DNA from: Deltaproteobacteria bacterium
Lineage (GTDB): Bacteria > Myxococcota > Kuafuiibacteriia > Kuafuiibacteriales > Kuafuiibacteriaceae
DNA: 64,000 bases
Assembly (NCBI GenBank): GCA_040218735.1
Contig: JAVJQW010000050.1
Location: 192,001 to 256,000 of the forward strand
Reading direction: 5' to 3'
The notes under the pieces were generated by a model. The model made no database searches. It saw only the letters and a list, made by a program, of their open reading frames with translations, and was not told the origin of the DNA. Positions 40,830 through 52,823 of the stretch are shown here, one piece after another. The position numbers and the translations under genes are program-made. Positions within the stretch are counted from its first letter, which is position 1. Each line of letters opens with the position of its first letter.

Positions 40830-41237
40830 ATGAGAAGCCGCAGAGTTAGGGAAGAGGAAGACAACGGGATCGACATCACCCCGATGATCGACATCGTCTT
40901 CATCATGCTGATCTTCTTCATCGTCACCGCCTCCTTCATCAAGGAGTCCGGGGTCGAGGTGAATCGCCCGGGCGCGGTGACGGCGGAGCGCAAGGAGCGC
41001 GCGTCGATCCTCGTCGCCATCGACGAAAACGATCAGGTCTGGGTCGACAAACGGCCGGTCGACGTCCAGGCGGTGCGCGCGAACATCGAACGCCTGCGCG
41101 CCGAGAACCCCGAAGGCGGCGTGGTCATCCAGGCCGACACCAAATCCAAGAACGGCATCCTCGTGAAGGTTCTGGACGCCGCGAAGCTGGCGGGCGTCGA
41201 TGACGTCTCGCTCGCCGCGACGCCCATCGGAGAGTGA
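40830..41237 (+). CDS. exbD: ExbD
   Basis: IDITPMIDIVFIMLIFFIVTASF; VVIQAD; VKVLDAAK.AGV. Confidence 0.93.
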   Translation: MRSRRVREEEDNGIDITPMIDIVFIMLIFFIVTASFIKESGVEVNRPGAVTAERKERASILVAIDENDQVWVDKRPVDVQAVRANIERLRAENPEGGVVIQADTKSKNGILVKVLDAAKLAGVDDVSLAATPIGE

Positions 41238-41240
41238 GTG

Positions 41241-41846
41241 ATGGTTCGGGTGGGTGCATCAGTGCTGATCGCCGTGGGCGTGACCTATGGGTTGTTCACG
41301 TTCATGCGCCTGCTCGTCGCGATGACCGACATGGGTCTTCAGGAGTACGACAAGCGCAAGCAGATCGATCTGTTCCGCGTCCGCCAGGACAGCCGCGCCG
41401 AGACCAAGAAGCGCGAGCTACCGATGAAGGCGAAGGCCGAAAAACCTCCGGAGACACCCAAGTTCGACATGTCGAACTCAGGTGGCCCGGGCGCGCAAGC
41501 CATCGCCGTGTCCGCGCCGAAGATCGAGACGTCCGTCGCGCTCAAGGGTGGGTTGAACCTGGGGGCGGCCCCGGCGGACACCAACGCGGTGCCGGTGGTG
41601 CGCGTCGAACCCATCACGCCACGGCGTGCTCAAGTCGAGGGCATCGAGGGCTGGTGCCTCGTCAAGTTCGACATCAGCACGACCGGGGCAACCCAGAACG
41701 TGAAGGCGAGCTGCCAACCCCGAGGCATCTTCGAGCGGGCCACCGAGACCGCCGTGAAAAAATGGAAATACAAACCCAAGGTCGTGGACGGGAAGGCGCT
41801 CTTGCAGCGCGGCCTGAAAGTGAAGTTGAGCTTCAAGCTGGACTGA
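41241..41846 (+). CDS. tonB: Short energy transducer TonB
   Basis: N-terminal TM; PVVRVEP..P.RA...GIEGWC.V.FDI...G...NV; KWKYKP; about 201 aa. Confidence 0.9.
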   Translation: MVRVGASVLIAVGVTYGLFTFMRLLVAMTDMGLQEYDKRKQIDLFRVRQDSRAETKKRELPMKAKAEKPPETPKFDMSNSGGPGAQAIAVSAPKIETSVALKGGLNLGAAPADTNAVPVVRVEPITPRRAQVEGIEGWCLVKFDISTTGATQNVKASCQPRGIFERATETAVKKWKYKPKVVDGKALLQRGLKVKLSFKLD

Positions 41847-41847
41847 G

Positions 41848-43092
41848 ATGATGCGGCTCGGACCCATTCTCTTTCTCCTCGTGGTGTCGGCGATGCCGGC
41901 ACGCGTACGTGCGGAGGAGGAGAAGGAGCAGTTCGAAAATCAGTACACGATGCGGCCCGAGGTGTACGAGCGCCTCAACAAGGCGCAAGAAGCGCTCAAA
42001 GAGAACCGCTACAAGGCGGCGATCGCGGACCTCGACAAGATCCTGCGGCGGATGCGCCCCAACCCCTACGAAAAGGCGCTCTCCCTGCAGACGCTCGGTT
42101 ACGTGTACGCGAACCAGGAGAAGCTGAAGGAGGCCGCGGAGACGCTCGCCGAGTGTCACGCGCTGAACGCCCTGCCCCCCTCCACGCAGATCAGCCTGAT
42201 GTACAACATCGGCCAGCTCCACCTCGCCGCGCAGAACTACGCGCTGGCGGTGGCGGCGTTCGACGCGTGGATCGCGGAGTCGAAGAACCCGAACGCGACC
42301 TCGCTCTACACGGTCGCGGCCGCGAACTATCAGGCGAAGAAGTTTCAGCGCGCGACCTACTACGGCGAGCGGGCGCTGAAGATGACGAAGAAGCCGAAGG
42401 ACTCGCTCCTGCAGCTGTTGCTCTCGGCGTACGTGGAGCAGAAGCGCTATCGGCCCGCGGCGAAGATCCTCACGCAGCTCATCGAGCGCCGCCCCGACAG
42501 CCGCAACAACTGGCTGCAGCTCGCGGCGATGTACGCGCAGCTCGGCGAAGAGAAGAAGGCGCTCGCGGTCATGCAGTTGGCCCACGAGGCCAAACTCTTG
42601 AATCGCGGGGATGAGATCGTGCAGCTCGCGCAGCGTTTCCTCGCGGAAGAAATTCCGCTCGCGGCGGCGAAGCTGCTCGAGGAAGCGATGAAGCAGGGCA
42701 CGGTCCCGAAGAACGCGCGCACGACGCGCATGCTCGCGACGGCCTGGTACCAGTCGCGAGACAACAAGCGGGCGGCGCCCGCGATGGAGCGAGCGGCGAA
42801 GCTCGCCAAAGACGGAGATCTCTATTTCCGCCTGGCACAGATCCACATGCAGGAAGAGCAGTGGAGTCAGGCAGCCAGCGCCTGTGAAAAGGCGTTGGCA
42901 AAAGGGGGACTGCCGAGCGCAGGACAGGTCCATCTTCTGATGGGCATTGCCTTGGTTCGGCAGAACAAGAATGCGCGCGCGAAGCGTGCGTTTACGAAGG
43001 CATCGCAGTTCTCTGCGGTGAAAGGGCCCGCTAAGGGTTGGTTGAAGTTTCTGTCGAGCGCCGCTGCCTCAGCGGCGGCGGTGCAGAACTGA
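41848..43092 (+). CDS. Periplasmic TPR protein (TtpD-like)
   Basis: Signal peptide and multiple TPR helices; sits after tonB as in TonB2 operons. Confidence 0.85.
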   Translation: MMRLGPILFLLVVSAMPARVRAEEEKEQFENQYTMRPEVYERLNKAQEALKENRYKAAIADLDKILRRMRPNPYEKALSLQTLGYVYANQEKLKEAAETLAECHALNALPPSTQISLMYNIGQLHLAAQNYALAVAAFDAWIAESKNPNATSLYTVAAANYQAKKFQRATYYGERALKMTKKPKDSLLQLLLSAYVEQKRYRPAAKILTQLIERRPDSRNNWLQLAAMYAQLGEEKKALAVMQLAHEAKLLNRGDEIVQLAQRFLAEEIPLAAAKLLEEAMKQGTVPKNARTTRMLATAWYQSRDNKRAAPAMERAAKLAKDGDLYFRLAQIHMQEEQWSQAASACEKALAKGGLPSAGQVHLLMGIALVRQNKNARAKRAFTKASQFSAVKGPAKGWLKFLSSAAASAAAVQN

Positions 43093-43138
43093 AATTTAGT
43101 TGGGGTTTGGTCAGATTAAGACCGGAACGAGGGAGTCG

Positions 43139-46276
<3,138 letters not shown>

Positions 46277-46288
46277 GGAGGGATGAAC

Positions 46289-47659
46289 ATGCGACAAGTC
46301 ATGAGAAAATCCGCAGTTTCCGTCGCGTTCTTACTCGCGGCGGCGGGGTGCGGCGATGCCAATCGCCCGGTCTACCCGTCGTACGACCAGACGCTCCTGG
46401 AGCTCGCCAAGGCCAACTCGAACCTGAGCACCTTCGTGGAGCTCGTGGGGACGGCCGAGCTCGAGCCGGCGCTGGACGACACGACGGGCGTCTACACGGT
46501 GTTTGCACCGACCAACGCGGCGTTCTCCGCGCTGTCGGGCGTCGACACCACGATGAAGGACGTCGTGAACCCGATCCTTCGGTACCACACGTTCGGCGGC
46601 ACGCTCCCGTTCTCGCTCATCGGGCGCGGCGGCGAGTTCAAGACGATCACGGCCACGGTCGTGTCGTTCGTGCCTTCGCCGGCGATGCTGCCGGAGGGGA
46701 CGGACGTGCGGGCGCCCGGGAACACGACGCTCGTGCTCCGGAACTCGCTCGGCACCGCGAACTACGTCGAGGGTGACGTGTACGCTTCCAACGGCATCCT
46801 GCACATCATCGACGCGGTCATGATTCCGCCGACGGAGCCGGACGAGCCGGACCCGCCGGGGCTCTTGCTCGCGGAGGCCGAAGAGGCCGGCTTCTCGGCC
46901 GTGGTCAGCGCGATCATGGGTGTGGGTCTGCAGGCCGCGCTCGACGGCGCCGGTCCGTTCACGCTGTTCGCCCCGTCGGACGCTGCGCTCGGCGCGGTGG
47001 ACCTGTCGATGGCGGACGACGCGATCGTGCAGAACATCCTGCTCGGCCACGTGGTCGCGGACGACGTGGACTCGGACGCGGTGCTCGCAGCGACGTCGCT
47101 CGACACGCTCAACAACCTGTCGGCCGCGGTCGACGGCGCGATGATGACGGTCGGGGGCGCGGCGCTCGACGCCGACGCGCTCGACATCGAAGCGAGCAAC
47201 GGTCGGGTGCACGGCCTCGACGATGTGATCGTGCCTCCGACGGCGGCCGAGCTCATCGCGTCGGACGCGTCCCTGAGCTCGCTCGACACCGCGCTCACCC
47301 GCGCGGCGATCGCGGCGGCGGACCCGGACACGCTCGGCGGTGACACGCCGATCACGCTGTTCGCGCCCACCGACGCGGCGTTCACGGCGGCGGGGATCGA
47401 CACCTCGATGGTGGACACGGCCACGCTGACGGCGGTGCTCGGTCACCACCTCGTGACGTCGGGTCAGGCGCTCGCGGGTGACCTCACCGACGGCCAGACG
47501 ATCACGACGGCGAACGGCGACCTCACGGTCAACGTCGACGGCGAAGGCAACGTCTCGCTGACGGACGGCGCGGGCGGCACGGCGAACGTGCTGCGGAGCG
47601 ACCTCCGGACGCTCAGCGGCGTCGTGCACACCATCGACGCGGTCCTCCTGCCGCAATAG
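46289..47659 (+). CDS. Fasciclin (three FAS1 domains) lipoprotein
   Basis: Lipobox AAAGC; three T(V/L)FAP(T/S)(N/D)AA ... G..H.(I/L)D.V..P units; AGGAGG RBS. Confidence 0.92.
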   Translation: MRQVMRKSAVSVAFLLAAAGCGDANRPVYPSYDQTLLELAKANSNLSTFVELVGTAELEPALDDTTGVYTVFAPTNAAFSALSGVDTTMKDVVNPILRYHTFGGTLPFSLIGRGGEFKTITATVVSFVPSPAMLPEGTDVRAPGNTTLVLRNSLGTANYVEGDVYASNGILHIIDAVMIPPTEPDEPDPPGLLLAEAEEAGFSAVVSAIMGVGLQAALDGAGPFTLFAPSDAALGAVDLSMADDAIVQNILLGHVVADDVDSDAVLAATSLDTLNNLSAAVDGAMMTVGGAALDADALDIEASNGRVHGLDDVIVPPTAAELIASDASLSSLDTALTRAAIAAADPDTLGGDTPITLFAPTDAAFTAAGIDTSMVDTATLTAVLGHHLVTSGQALAGDLTDGQTITTANGDLTVNVDGEGNVSLTDGAGGTANVLRSDLRTLSGVVHTIDAVLLPQ

Positions 47660-47722
47660 TCCTGCGGGACCTTCGGCGCGCGGGGTTGCGATCCCGCGCG
47701 CCTCTCCTTCACTGTCAAAGGC

Positions 47723-47980
47723 GTGAAACGTCGCGCCGCCTTCCTGCTAACCTCGATGATGGCCCTGGCGCTCGGCGCCTGCGCCTCGTTCCAGCCCGGC
47801 TCGACACCGAACCTCAACTACGAGGGTCCGGTCGCGACCGGGTCGAAGCTCTACAAACATCAGAGCGGGCGCACGACGAACGCGACGCCCTCGAAGGTTC
47901 GGGTGCTCACGGCGTGGGAGCTCGGCACCGCGGGGAGCCCAACCGTCGGCCGCGCGCTCTCGCGCCCCGGCATCCAATAG
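47723..47980 (+). CDS. Small lipoprotein resembling a TonB box and plug N-terminus
   Basis: Lipobox LALGAC; VATGSKL and TPSKVRVLTAWELGTAGSPTVGRALSRPG align by eye with the plug N-termini of both receptors in this window. Confidence 0.7.
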   Translation: MKRRAAFLLTSMMALALGACASFQPGSTPNLNYEGPVATGSKLYKHQSGRTTNATPSKVRVLTAWELGTAGSPTVGRALSRPGIQ

Positions 47981-48068
47981 TGCCTTCCGCTAGGCTGAGG
48001 CCGGTCGCGAATGCGGCCGGTCCGAAGACTGTGCCAAGGCGGTCCGCGAAGCGGAGCGGCGTTATGGC

Positions 48069-48428
48069 TTAAGAGGCGCTGTCGTCGGCCTGCGTGGCGG
48101 TCTGCGCGATCGTCTGCGCCGGTCGACCCGGGAGATCGAGCGCGGGCATCTCGATGCACGTCGGGACGTCGATCCGCGCGACGGGGTGCGGTGTCCGGAT
48201 GTCGACCTTGCCGGTCGACTGGCGCCACAGCTCGTGCTCGAGCTCCGCGCGGGCGAGCGCGGCGTCGCGCGAGCGTGAAAGCTCCGCCGCGATCTGACAG
48301 CGCGCCGAGTAACAGGCCGCCTCGGGGGGGACGAGCGCGGGAGGCGTCAGTCCGAGCGCCCAGACCAGGGGGTGAGCCGCGAGCATCGCACCGAAGAACA
48401 TGGTGTCAGCGTACGGATCGCCTCTCAT
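48069..48428 (-). CDS. Hypothetical small protein (start may be ATG 48401)
   Basis: Fills the gap divergent from the sensor kinase; hydrophobic N-terminus; CYSARC. Confidence 0.55.
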   Translation of the reverse strand: MRGDPYADTMFFGAMLAAHPLVWALGLTPPALVPPEAACYSARCQIAAELSRSRDAALARAELEHELWRQSTGKVDIRTPHPVARIDVPTCIEMPALDLPGRPAQTIAQTATQADDSAS

Positions 48429-48434
48429 CGCCGA

Positions 48435-48496
48435 ATCACGCGCCGGTCACGGTTCGGTCATGCCGGACGATTTTCGGGCCGTGATACTTCCGTGAC
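48435..48496. promoter_or_regulatory. OmpR/PhoB-type direct-repeat boxes in both orientations
   Basis: ATCAC/GTCAC/GTCAT at 48435/48446/48457 (11-bp period) and inverted GTGAT/GTGAC at 48481/48492. Confidence 0.5.
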
Positions 48497-48519
48497 ATGG
48501 ACCGCGATATCATCGGTCC

Positions 48520-50547
48520 GTGAAGCTCGACTCCCAGGGGCGGAGGGCCCGCCAGGTCGTGCTTTTAGTGATCGCCATGATCGCCCTGCCCTCCGTCGCG
48601 CTCACCGCGCTGGCGATCGCGGCGATCGAAAACGAGGAGGCCGCCGCGCGGAAGCGGCTCGAGGTCGCGTACCTACCGGTCCTCTCCGCGATGGCGAAGC
48701 GCTTCAACGATCGCCTCGACGGGATCGTCCAGGACACACCGCCCGCGCTGCACGCGCTGCTCGAATGGTCGGAGTACGCCGCCGACGTCTCCGACCTCGC
48801 ACCGCTGGACACGTTCCGAGAGGAGACACCGTTCGCGACGAACTACTTCGTCATCGACGACGACGGGAACGTGCTCTTCCCTCGAAACCACGGCGCGAGC
48901 TGCGAAGCCCCGTGGTCACGCGTCGCGAACCGACACATCGAGGCCTGTCAGGGCAGCGCCTGTGACTGCACGGCGATCGCCGACCTCGCTGCGCACCCCG
49001 ATCTGTACGGCCGAAACCACTGCGCCGCACGCTACGCCGCCGCGCTCTGCCGCGCGGAGCAGGACGGCGCGCTCGCACCGGTGCCGAGCTGCCTGAAGGA
49101 CTCGAAGCTCGCCGAGGCCTCGATCGCGCTGTCGTCGCGTTGGCTCAAACACCCGGACGATCAGATGCGCGCCAGCGCGGCGCTGCAGCTCGCGAAGAAG
49201 ATGTCCGCGCCGCAGGCCGAAGCCGAGGACGTCATCGGCCAGGTGAACATGTGGTGGTTCGTGCCGCGGCTGCGGCAGCTCGACCGCCCCGACAGCGACT
49301 CCGCGCTCGGCCTCCTGCAGGCGATGGGCACACGCGCGCCCTTCCTCGACGCGATGGCGACGCTCTCGAAGAACCGCGACGGTCCGCCGATGGTGTGGTC
49401 GTGGTCGGTCGACGGGCTGCGGCGCGTCGTCGTGCTGCAGAGCGTCGAGGGGTACCTCACCGGGTACGAGCTCACGCCGGAGGGCTTTCAGGACTACGTC
49501 GCGCAGGGCCTCGCGGAGCTGGAGCTCGAGACGCGTACGCGTGTACACCTGCTGCCGATCGAAGCGCCGCGGAACGCCTACCGGGCGTACATGGAGCGCT
49601 ACAAGGACCAGGTGGCTTCGTGGTCCCTGCTCGCGAAGACGCAGCTGGCGTGGGAGCTCGTGATCCTCCTCGACGACGAGGGGGTGTTCTTCGACCTCGT
49701 GCACCAGCGCGCGACGCTCTACATGTGGGGCCTCGGTCTCGTCGTCCTCGCGCTGCTCGGCGGCATCGGCTACACCGTCAAGGCGGTGCTGGCGGAGGCA
49801 CGAGAGTCGCGGCTGAAGACGGACTTCGTGTCCAGCGTGTCGCACGACCTGAGGACGCCGCTGACCTCGATCCGCATGTTCACGGAGAGCCTGTTGATGG
49901 GGCGCGTGGACGGGGAAGAGGACATCCGCGAGAGCCTGACGGTGATCGCGTCCGAGACCGAGCGGCTGTCGCGGCTCACCGAGCGCATCCTCGACTTCTC
50001 GCGGATGGAGGCCGGGCGGAAGGCGTACGTGTTCGAGCCGACGTCGGTGGCCGCGGTGGTCACCCACGCGATGAACGCGTGTGCGCCGATGATCGCGTCG
50101 TCCGACTTCGAGGTCGCGGTCGAGGTCGAACCGGGGCTACCGGACGTCCTCGGCGACAAGGACGCGCTCATCGAGGCGCTCATCAACCTGATCACCAACG
50201 CCGTGAAGTACAGCGTGGACGACCGCTCGATCACGGTCGAAGCCAAACACGAAGATGGTGAGGTCGTGCTCGCCGTGTCGGATCGTGGGATGGGGATCTC
50301 ACGCGCCGACCAGCGTCGCATCTTCGAAAAGTTCTATCGTGTGGACTGCCGTCGAACCTCAGAGGTGGGGGGCTGCGGGCTCGGGTTGAGCCTCGTCCGT
50401 CACATCGTCGAGGCACACGACGGGATGCTCTCGGTCGTCAGCACGCTCGGGGAAGGCAGTACGTTCACGATCCGGCTGGCCAAGTTCGAGCGCCGGCCGC
50501 TCGTGGAGCTCGTGGGGGAGAAGTCGTGGAATCAATCCTCGTCGTAG
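48520..50547 (+). CDS. Membrane sensor histidine kinase with large Cys-containing periplasmic domain
   Basis: Two TM helices; FVSSVSHDLRTPLTSIR, NLITNAVKYS, DRGMGI, FEKFYRV, GCGLGLS. Confidence 0.92.
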   Translation: MKLDSQGRRARQVVLLVIAMIALPSVALTALAIAAIENEEAAARKRLEVAYLPVLSAMAKRFNDRLDGIVQDTPPALHALLEWSEYAADVSDLAPLDTFREETPFATNYFVIDDDGNVLFPRNHGASCEAPWSRVANRHIEACQGSACDCTAIADLAAHPDLYGRNHCAARYAAALCRAEQDGALAPVPSCLKDSKLAEASIALSSRWLKHPDDQMRASAALQLAKKMSAPQAEAEDVIGQVNMWWFVPRLRQLDRPDSDSALGLLQAMGTRAPFLDAMATLSKNRDGPPMVWSWSVDGLRRVVVLQSVEGYLTGYELTPEGFQDYVAQGLAELELETRTRVHLLPIEAPRNAYRAYMERYKDQVASWSLLAKTQLAWELVILLDDEGVFFDLVHQRATLYMWGLGLVVLALLGGIGYTVKAVLAEARESRLKTDFVSSVSHDLRTPLTSIRMFTESLLMGRVDGEEDIRESLTVIASETERLSRLTERILDFSRMEAGRKAYVFEPTSVAAVVTHAMNACAPMIASSDFEVAVEVEPGLPDVLGDKDALIEALINLITNAVKYSVDDRSITVEAKHEDGEVVLAVSDRGMGISRADQRRIFEKFYRVDCRRTSEVGGCGLGLSLVRHIVEAHDGMLSVVSTLGEGSTFTIRLAKFERRPLVELVGEKSWNQSSS

Positions 50548-51212
50548 AGGACGAGCCTTCGATCGCGAAGGGCCTCGTTCACAATCTGAGATTCGAGGGG
50601 TACTCGGTCCGCCACGCCGCGGACGGGGAGACCGGGCTCGACTGGACCATCTCGCGCCCGCCGGACCTCATGCTCCTCGACGTGATGCTCCCTCGCCTCA
50701 ACGGGTTCGAGGTGCTGCGCGAGGTGCGTCGGTTGGATCTCGACGTCGCGGTCATCATGCTGACCGCGAAGGGTGAGGAGCACGAGAAGGTCCGTGGCCT
50801 GGATCTCGGCGCGGACGACTACATCACGAAGCCCTTCGGGCTCGCCGAGCTGCTCGCGCGGGTGCGGGCCGTCCTCCGCCGGCGCAAGGCCGGGCCGGAC
50901 GAGGAGGACCGCGTGCGGTTCGGCGAAGTGGAGATCGATTTCAAGTCGTTGTCGGTACGGGTACGCGGTGAGCCCATCGACGTCACGGCGCGCGAGCTGG
51001 AGCTGTTGAAGCTGTTCGTGACGCGGGCGGGCGAGGCGATGTCGCGGGAGGAGATCGTGTGTCGGGTATGGGGGTACGACTACGAAGGAACGGATCGGAC
51101 ACTCGACAACTTCGTGAGCCGGCTCAGGAAGAAGCTGGAGCCGGACGCCGCGAAGCCTCGTCACTTCTTGACCGTGCGCGGGATTGGCTACCGCTTCGTC
51201 GCGGAGCCCTGA
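50526..51212 (+). CDS. OmpR/PhoB-family response regulator
   Basis: ILVVEDE, LLDVMLP, MLTAK, GADDYITKPF, RTLDNFVSRLRKKLE, TVRGIGYRF. Confidence 0.95.
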   Translation: MESILVVEDEPSIAKGLVHNLRFEGYSVRHAADGETGLDWTISRPPDLMLLDVMLPRLNGFEVLREVRRLDLDVAVIMLTAKGEEHEKVRGLDLGADDYITKPFGLAELLARVRAVLRRRKAGPDEEDRVRFGEVEIDFKSLSVRVRGEPIDVTARELELLKLFVTRAGEAMSREEIVCRVWGYDYEGTDRTLDNFVSRLRKKLEPDAAKPRHFLTVRGIGYRFVAEP

Positions 51213-51308
51213 GGCGGTCGCCCGCCGGATGCAGCGAAGGGCCTGCGGCAGTGTCCGAGCGAACGGACAGTCGGGGCACGAAGCGGCGCCGGTTCCGAGG
51301 CCGTCGTG

Positions 51309-51325
51309 TTGGCACGCCACGCGCA
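51309..51325 (+). promoter_or_regulatory. Putative sigma-54 promoter
   Basis: TTGGCACG-CCAC-GCGCA: GG and GC are exactly 12 bp apart; the TT of the -12 element is not matched. Confidence 0.45.
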
Positions 51326-51337
51326 GTGGTGGCCGGC

Positions 51338-51547
51338 ATGTCGCTGACCCGCTTTGTCCCTCACACGTTGATCGTCGCCTCGATCGTCGCGGCCTCGCTC
51401 GTGATCGTCGCCCCGACGACGTGCGCCCCGCGCGCGGGCGAGCCGATGGCCTCGGCGCCGAAGCCGCAGAAGAAGAAGCTCCCGCGTGAGTGGGTGTGGA
51501 AGGTGAAGGCCCGCAGCTACGACCAGATGTTCCGGTCTGCCATGTAG
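51338..51547 (+). CDS. Small secreted or membrane-anchored protein (69 aa)
   Basis: MSLTRFVPHTLIVASIVAASLVIVA hydrophobic segment, then basic LPREWVWKVKARSYDQMFR; GC-rich third codon positions. Confidence 0.65.
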   Translation: MSLTRFVPHTLIVASIVAASLVIVAPTTCAPRAGEPMASAPKPQKKKLPREWVWKVKARSYDQMFRSAM

Positions 51548-51646
51548 CTGTCAGCGTCCAGCTCCCAGCAGGCAGCCAGAGCCCTCGGCGTGAACACAAT
51601 CGCGGCGCTCTGACTGAAGGCTGTCAGCTGCCAGCTGCCAGCTACC
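51546..51646. repeat. Two runs of AGCnnnC heptamer tandem repeats
   Basis: AGCTGTC AGCGTCC AGCTCCC AGCAGGC AGCCAGA (51546-51580) and GGCTGTC AGCTGCC AGCTGCC AGCTACC (51619-51646). Confidence 0.75.
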
Positions 51647-52711
51647 TCAGTTGACGTACAAGGCGCGCTCGAAGTCGGCCGGGTTGGTCGCGGCGCCCTT
51701 CGCGGTCTCGAGGCTGATGATGCCCGCCTGGTACAGGTCGATCAGGTGCTGGTCGAAGCTCTGCGTGCCGTACATCTCTCGGCCACGCTCGATGTAGTCC
51801 TTGATCTCCGGCGTTCGGTTCGAGTCCTTGATGAGCTCCAGGACCGTCAGCGTCACCACCATGATCTCCATGGCCACCACCCGGCCGCTGCCGTCGGCGC
51901 GGCGGAGGAGGCGCTGGGAGATCGTCCCCTTGAGGTTTTCGGCGAGGCGCAGGCGCACGGCGTTCTGCGCGTCGTGCGGGAACACGTCGATGATGCGGCC
52001 GATCGTCTTGGCGGCGTCGTTCGTGTGGACCGTCGAGAAGACGAGGTGGCCGGTCTCGGCGGCCTTGAGGCCGGTGTCGATCGTCACCGCGTCGCGCATC
52101 TCGCCAACGAGGATGACGTCCGGGTCCTGACGCAGCGCCGCGCGCAACGCCATCGCGAACGACTCGGTGTCCGCGCCGACCTCGCGCTGCGTGACGCGCG
52201 ACAGTTTGTCTTCGTGGAGGAACTCGATCGGGTCCTCGATGGTGACGATGTGTTTGCGGTACTCGCCGTTGATCTCGTTGATCATCGCGGCGAGCGTCGT
52301 CGACTTACCCGAGCCGGTGACGCCGGTGACGAGCACCAACCCACGCTCCTCGCGCGCCAGCTTCTTGAGGACCGGCGGAAGCCCCAGCTCGTCGAGCGTG
52401 GGGATCTTGCGCGGGATGACCCGGAGCACCGCGCCGTACTCGCCCTTTTGCTTGAGGACGTTCACGCGGAAGCGTCCGACGTTCTCGACGAAGTACGAGG
52501 TGTCGTACTCCTTGAGGCGGTCCAGGTCGTACTGGAGGTTGTTGCGGTCCATGATGTGCCCGACGAGCTGGCGCATCCCGTCCTTGGTGAGGGGGTCGAG
52601 CTTGACCTCCTTGAGGACGCCGTGGACCCGCAGCGTCGGCTGGGCCTCCGCTTTGATGTGGATGTCGGACGCGCCCGCCTTGACCGCGGCCGCCAGGAAC
52701 TTGTCGAACAT
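51647..52711 (-). CDS. pilT: PilT/PilU-family type IV pilus retraction ATPase
   Basis: GASDIHIK, RFRVN, GVTGSGKSTT, TIEDPIEF, LRQDPDVILVGEMRD, AAETGHLVFSTVHT; start 52711 or 52723. Confidence 0.9.
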   Translation of the reverse strand: MFDKFLAAAVKAGASDIHIKAEAQPTLRVHGVLKEVKLDPLTKDGMRQLVGHIMDRNNLQYDLDRLKEYDTSYFVENVGRFRVNVLKQKGEYGAVLRVIPRKIPTLDELGLPPVLKKLAREERGLVLVTGVTGSGKSTTLAAMINEINGEYRKHIVTIEDPIEFLHEDKLSRVTQREVGADTESFAMALRAALRQDPDVILVGEMRDAVTIDTGLKAAETGHLVFSTVHTNDAAKTIGRIIDVFPHDAQNAVRLRLAENLKGTISQRLLRRADGSGRVVAMEIMVVTLTVLELIKDSNRTPEIKDYIERGREMYGTQSFDQHLIDLYQAGIISLETAKGAATNPADFERALYVN

Positions 52712-52823
52712 CCGCGGTTCCATCGCCCTTGCGATTTCACCCGGGCTGGCGATCCAGTCAAGGGCCACCCCCGGGCGGACCCCGCTCGCCCGATTGATCT
52801 GAACGGGCGAGAGCAGGTACCTC

